DNA of 64,000 nucleotides from Antedon mediterranea (taxonomy: Eukaryota > Animalia > Echinodermata), in NCBI RefSeq assembly GCF_964355755.1, contig NC_092678.1:15171881-15235880 (forward strand), written 5' to 3'. A program made the position numbers and the translations under genes. The notes beneath the pieces are model-generated. The model worked only from the letters and a program-made list of their open reading frames with translations. It did no database searches and had not been told where the DNA came from. The first letter of the stretch is position 1; each line of letters opens with the position of its first letter. Positions 61,149-64,000 of the stretch are shown here, in pieces.

Positions 61149-63461
61149 GAAGGAAACACACCGATCAATATTTATCTGATGCGTAATGATGTTAAATTAG
61201 AGATATTGTACTGTCTGATAACCAATGGTGAATCACCAACATTCCCAAAAGAGGTAATTTGACAAAAACTTTTAATTGCAATAGTATGGCATATTGGTAC
61301 TAGTATGATTAATGATAATTATTATTTTGCTTCGTTTTTTTACCTTGAAACGTAAGAAGGTATTGTACTCTATGTTAATTATTATTATCATGATACAACT
61401 TCTCTTGGTATAAATAATACATTTTAGCGACTTTCGATTAATGTGATTTAAAAATATTTAATTATTAAAAAGATAACATTTTTTATTTTTTTTGTAGGAA
61501 GGAAGCAATGCTCTACATGTACATCTAAGTGGTAGATATGTTAAACCTACATTAGAAATTGTGACTTATCTCATTAAACTTGGTGTATCTCCAACATTAC
61601 AGAATAAGGTAAAGTACATAAGAGTGGGCTCCCATGATCTAATCTTGTGTAATTATTGGGTGGGACTCAAACAAACCTCCAAATCAAGAGTGTGGTGTCC
61701 ATAACGCTATACCTGCATCATAGTTTAAATAAATAAACATGTAACCCGCGGAGCTACAAAATGGAAGGACGGTTATTCTACATTAAATTTACGGCGAAAT
61801 TGTGTTTCTTTATCTGTTTTTTACCCCATTTAAAAATTTAGTTTTTTTGTGTGATGTTACTTACAACAATGGCATCAAAATAATCAATTAAGGACACGAA
61901 TGAATTATGACTGGAAGAACACGCCGAGGAATTTTCAAACTGTAATTGCTATTCCAGTATGAATACTACTTTCAATTAAAACCTAACTATCTAATAGTAT
62001 CTCATCTTGCATAACACTGAACATCTCCTTACCATATACTACTCATTTTCACATAGATTCCAATATATTCATGGAATGCGGTACTGGTATTTGTTACGTT
62101 TAATAGTCCTTTTATAATACACTGGCCTCGAATGTTGAAAATGTTATCTTATTTTAGGAACAAATTAAAGTAAGCTTACCAATACGATGTTTACCACTTC
62201 GAGTGAATATTTTGAAAACATTCGAAAGCACATACATGTGTGTCTAAAATACTAATACTAAAAATAGCTTCCCAGTTGGCTAACCAAATTTAAAGGCACC
62301 GCACAAATACACATTTGACGCGTATGATTATAAAGTGGGCTGCAATTGTTTAGTACGCGAATGACCTAGATATTTGATATACTTTATGTTTATAGGAAGG
62401 AAAATCAGCAGTATCTGTTTTAGAAGAAAATACGCAGATAGAACAAACAGAAAAAATAATGATTTTAGAGTATTTTGACAGTAAGTTAAAAATATTATAT
62501 TAAACTACATTAAAGTTGATTTAACTTTAAAGCAAAAACGTTTTGATGTTGAACAATAAACAGTTGAATTCGGAAAACAAATGTTATTATTATTACAGTA
62601 AATTTTACATACAACCCAACCGAAATGATACATGTATGTTATGCGTATTTTTAATTGTTTATAATTAGAATGGCTAGTTCCTCCAGAAATATTTGCCATG
62701 GGTAAAGAGGCTATTAAGATATATAAAGATGAACTTAACAATGGTGAAATTACAGTTGTGAATTCAAGATGTATGTTTCTTGGGAAGGAAGGTGCTGGCA
62801 AGACCAGCTGCGTAAAGTCCATGCTTAGAGAGAGGTAAACAAAATACAAATGATACAAATTAACATATTAGGCTAATATTTGTAATCAATTATTTCAACG
62901 TAAATATATACGTGTATTATGTTTACTAATGGTTATAATATAGGCCTACAGATTTTTTTTTTTAAATTGCGTATTTGTATAAATTAGTCTGATAATTTCA
63001 ATTCGTAAAACTTACATGTTGGATGTAATGGATAAAAAAGTATTTTGTTTCAACGTCAACGTACATGTTTATAATAGATTCAACCCCAATGAACTATCGA
63101 CAGATGGTATAGTTACGGCCACCGTGTTTAAAGCAACCGACAAGATCAAATGGAAGAAGATTACAGATGAAAACGGTAAAGATTACCCGAACTCTAAATG
63201 ATTGTCTTACTTTATCATCATTATTTTTATTTCTTTAAAATTGATTACCTGTGTGTCTGGAATTTTTGAAATGTTTAAAAGACTGACATCAAACGGTAAT
63301 AGGCATACAAGTTTAAATTAATTCCTTTCTCATAAACTCCTAACAATATCTTTTAATACGATATTAATTCTTTGCCAATTTGTTTATTTGTACAGATTCT
63401 GAGCTAACCAAAAAAATGCGTGAAAATGCGTTAGCAAAAAAAGTTGACGAGTTAAGACTGG
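61149..63461 (+). CDS. Ankyrin-repeat + Roc GTPase (Roco-like) gene, exons 61149-61253, 61498-61608, 62396-62480, 62669-62834, 63078-63175, 63396-63461; continues beyond the window
   Basis: All exons are AG/GT-bounded with consistent phases (0,0,1,2,1,1) and no stops. Two ankyrin exons, a capping exon, then VPPEIFAMGKEAIKIYKDELNNGEITVVNSRCMFLGKEGAGKTSCVKSMLRERFNPNELSTDGI (Roc P-loop and switch I). Confidence 0.9.
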
Positions 63462-63774
63462 GTATGTACAGCAAAACTAATGGAAGCGTGTTTAAAATTC
63501 GAATGCATTCACCTTTCATTTATCAATTATGAACGAAACTGTAGATAAATAATAGGATTCGATATTATGGGATAAAACAATACCCTAGATGATAGTATTA
63601 AAATGGTGAAATTCAACAGTTTTATTTAGGATCACCATAAGATTATTAAAATCACATGATTAATATCATAAAATTTAAAATACCAAAAACATGACGTTAT
63701 AAACAATGATAACAATACAAATTCAAAATACTGGCAATAGTAAAACATCTTAGAAATAGGATTTAAAAAAACTT

Positions 63775-63783
<9 letters not shown>

Positions 63784-63840
<57 letters not shown>

Positions 63841-64000
63841 ACAACAGGCATAGAAATAAATTCCAAACCGCCCGGTGATACACTGAACATTATTTAATTA
63901 ATTTTTGAAACGATAAAGATGAGGAAATCTGGGAGAATGAGAAAAAGTCGCCCCAACTGAGACTCGAACTCGGACCGTCTGCTTGATATGCAGTTGCCCT
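63784..64000 (-). repeat. (TA)n tract followed by a diverged copy of the 364-bp tRNA-like unit
   Basis: After the TA run: AAACCGCCCGGTGATACACTGAA...AAAGTCGCCCCAACTGAGACTCGAACTCGGACCGTCTGCTTGATATGCAG. Confidence 0.92.

Noticed and set aside
62505-62858. 117-aa minus-strand ORF
   Set aside because: Antisense shadow of the Roc-domain exon on the plus strand.

Overview
AT-rich, intron-containing animal genomic DNA, probably a marine invertebrate (inference from the repeat and gene families). The window is dominated by mobile elements. In order: a 106-bp satellite (1-2030); plexin-like pseudogene pieces (a Sema exon on the minus strand, five IPT exons on the plus strand); a decayed Polinton/Maverick (adintovirus-type) element at about 17.4-28.1 kb; a tyrosine-recombinase remnant split by a TTAA-targeting Kolobok-like element; an ankyrin-repeat/Roc-GTPase (Roco-like) gene whose ankyrin exons were amplified as exon+intron units; a 364-bp tandem array carrying a complete tRNA-like cloverleaf with an unusual ATC anticodon; and a 3-kb foldback structure with mirrored flanks. 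The Polinton retains minor and major capsid genes, core proteins, adenain protease, packaging ATPase, a spliced protein-primed PolB and an intron-containing Bcl-2-like gene. Several LINEs (L2, CR1, Rex/Babar and others) are scattered through the window. All family assignments come from motif recognition by eye; no searches were run.
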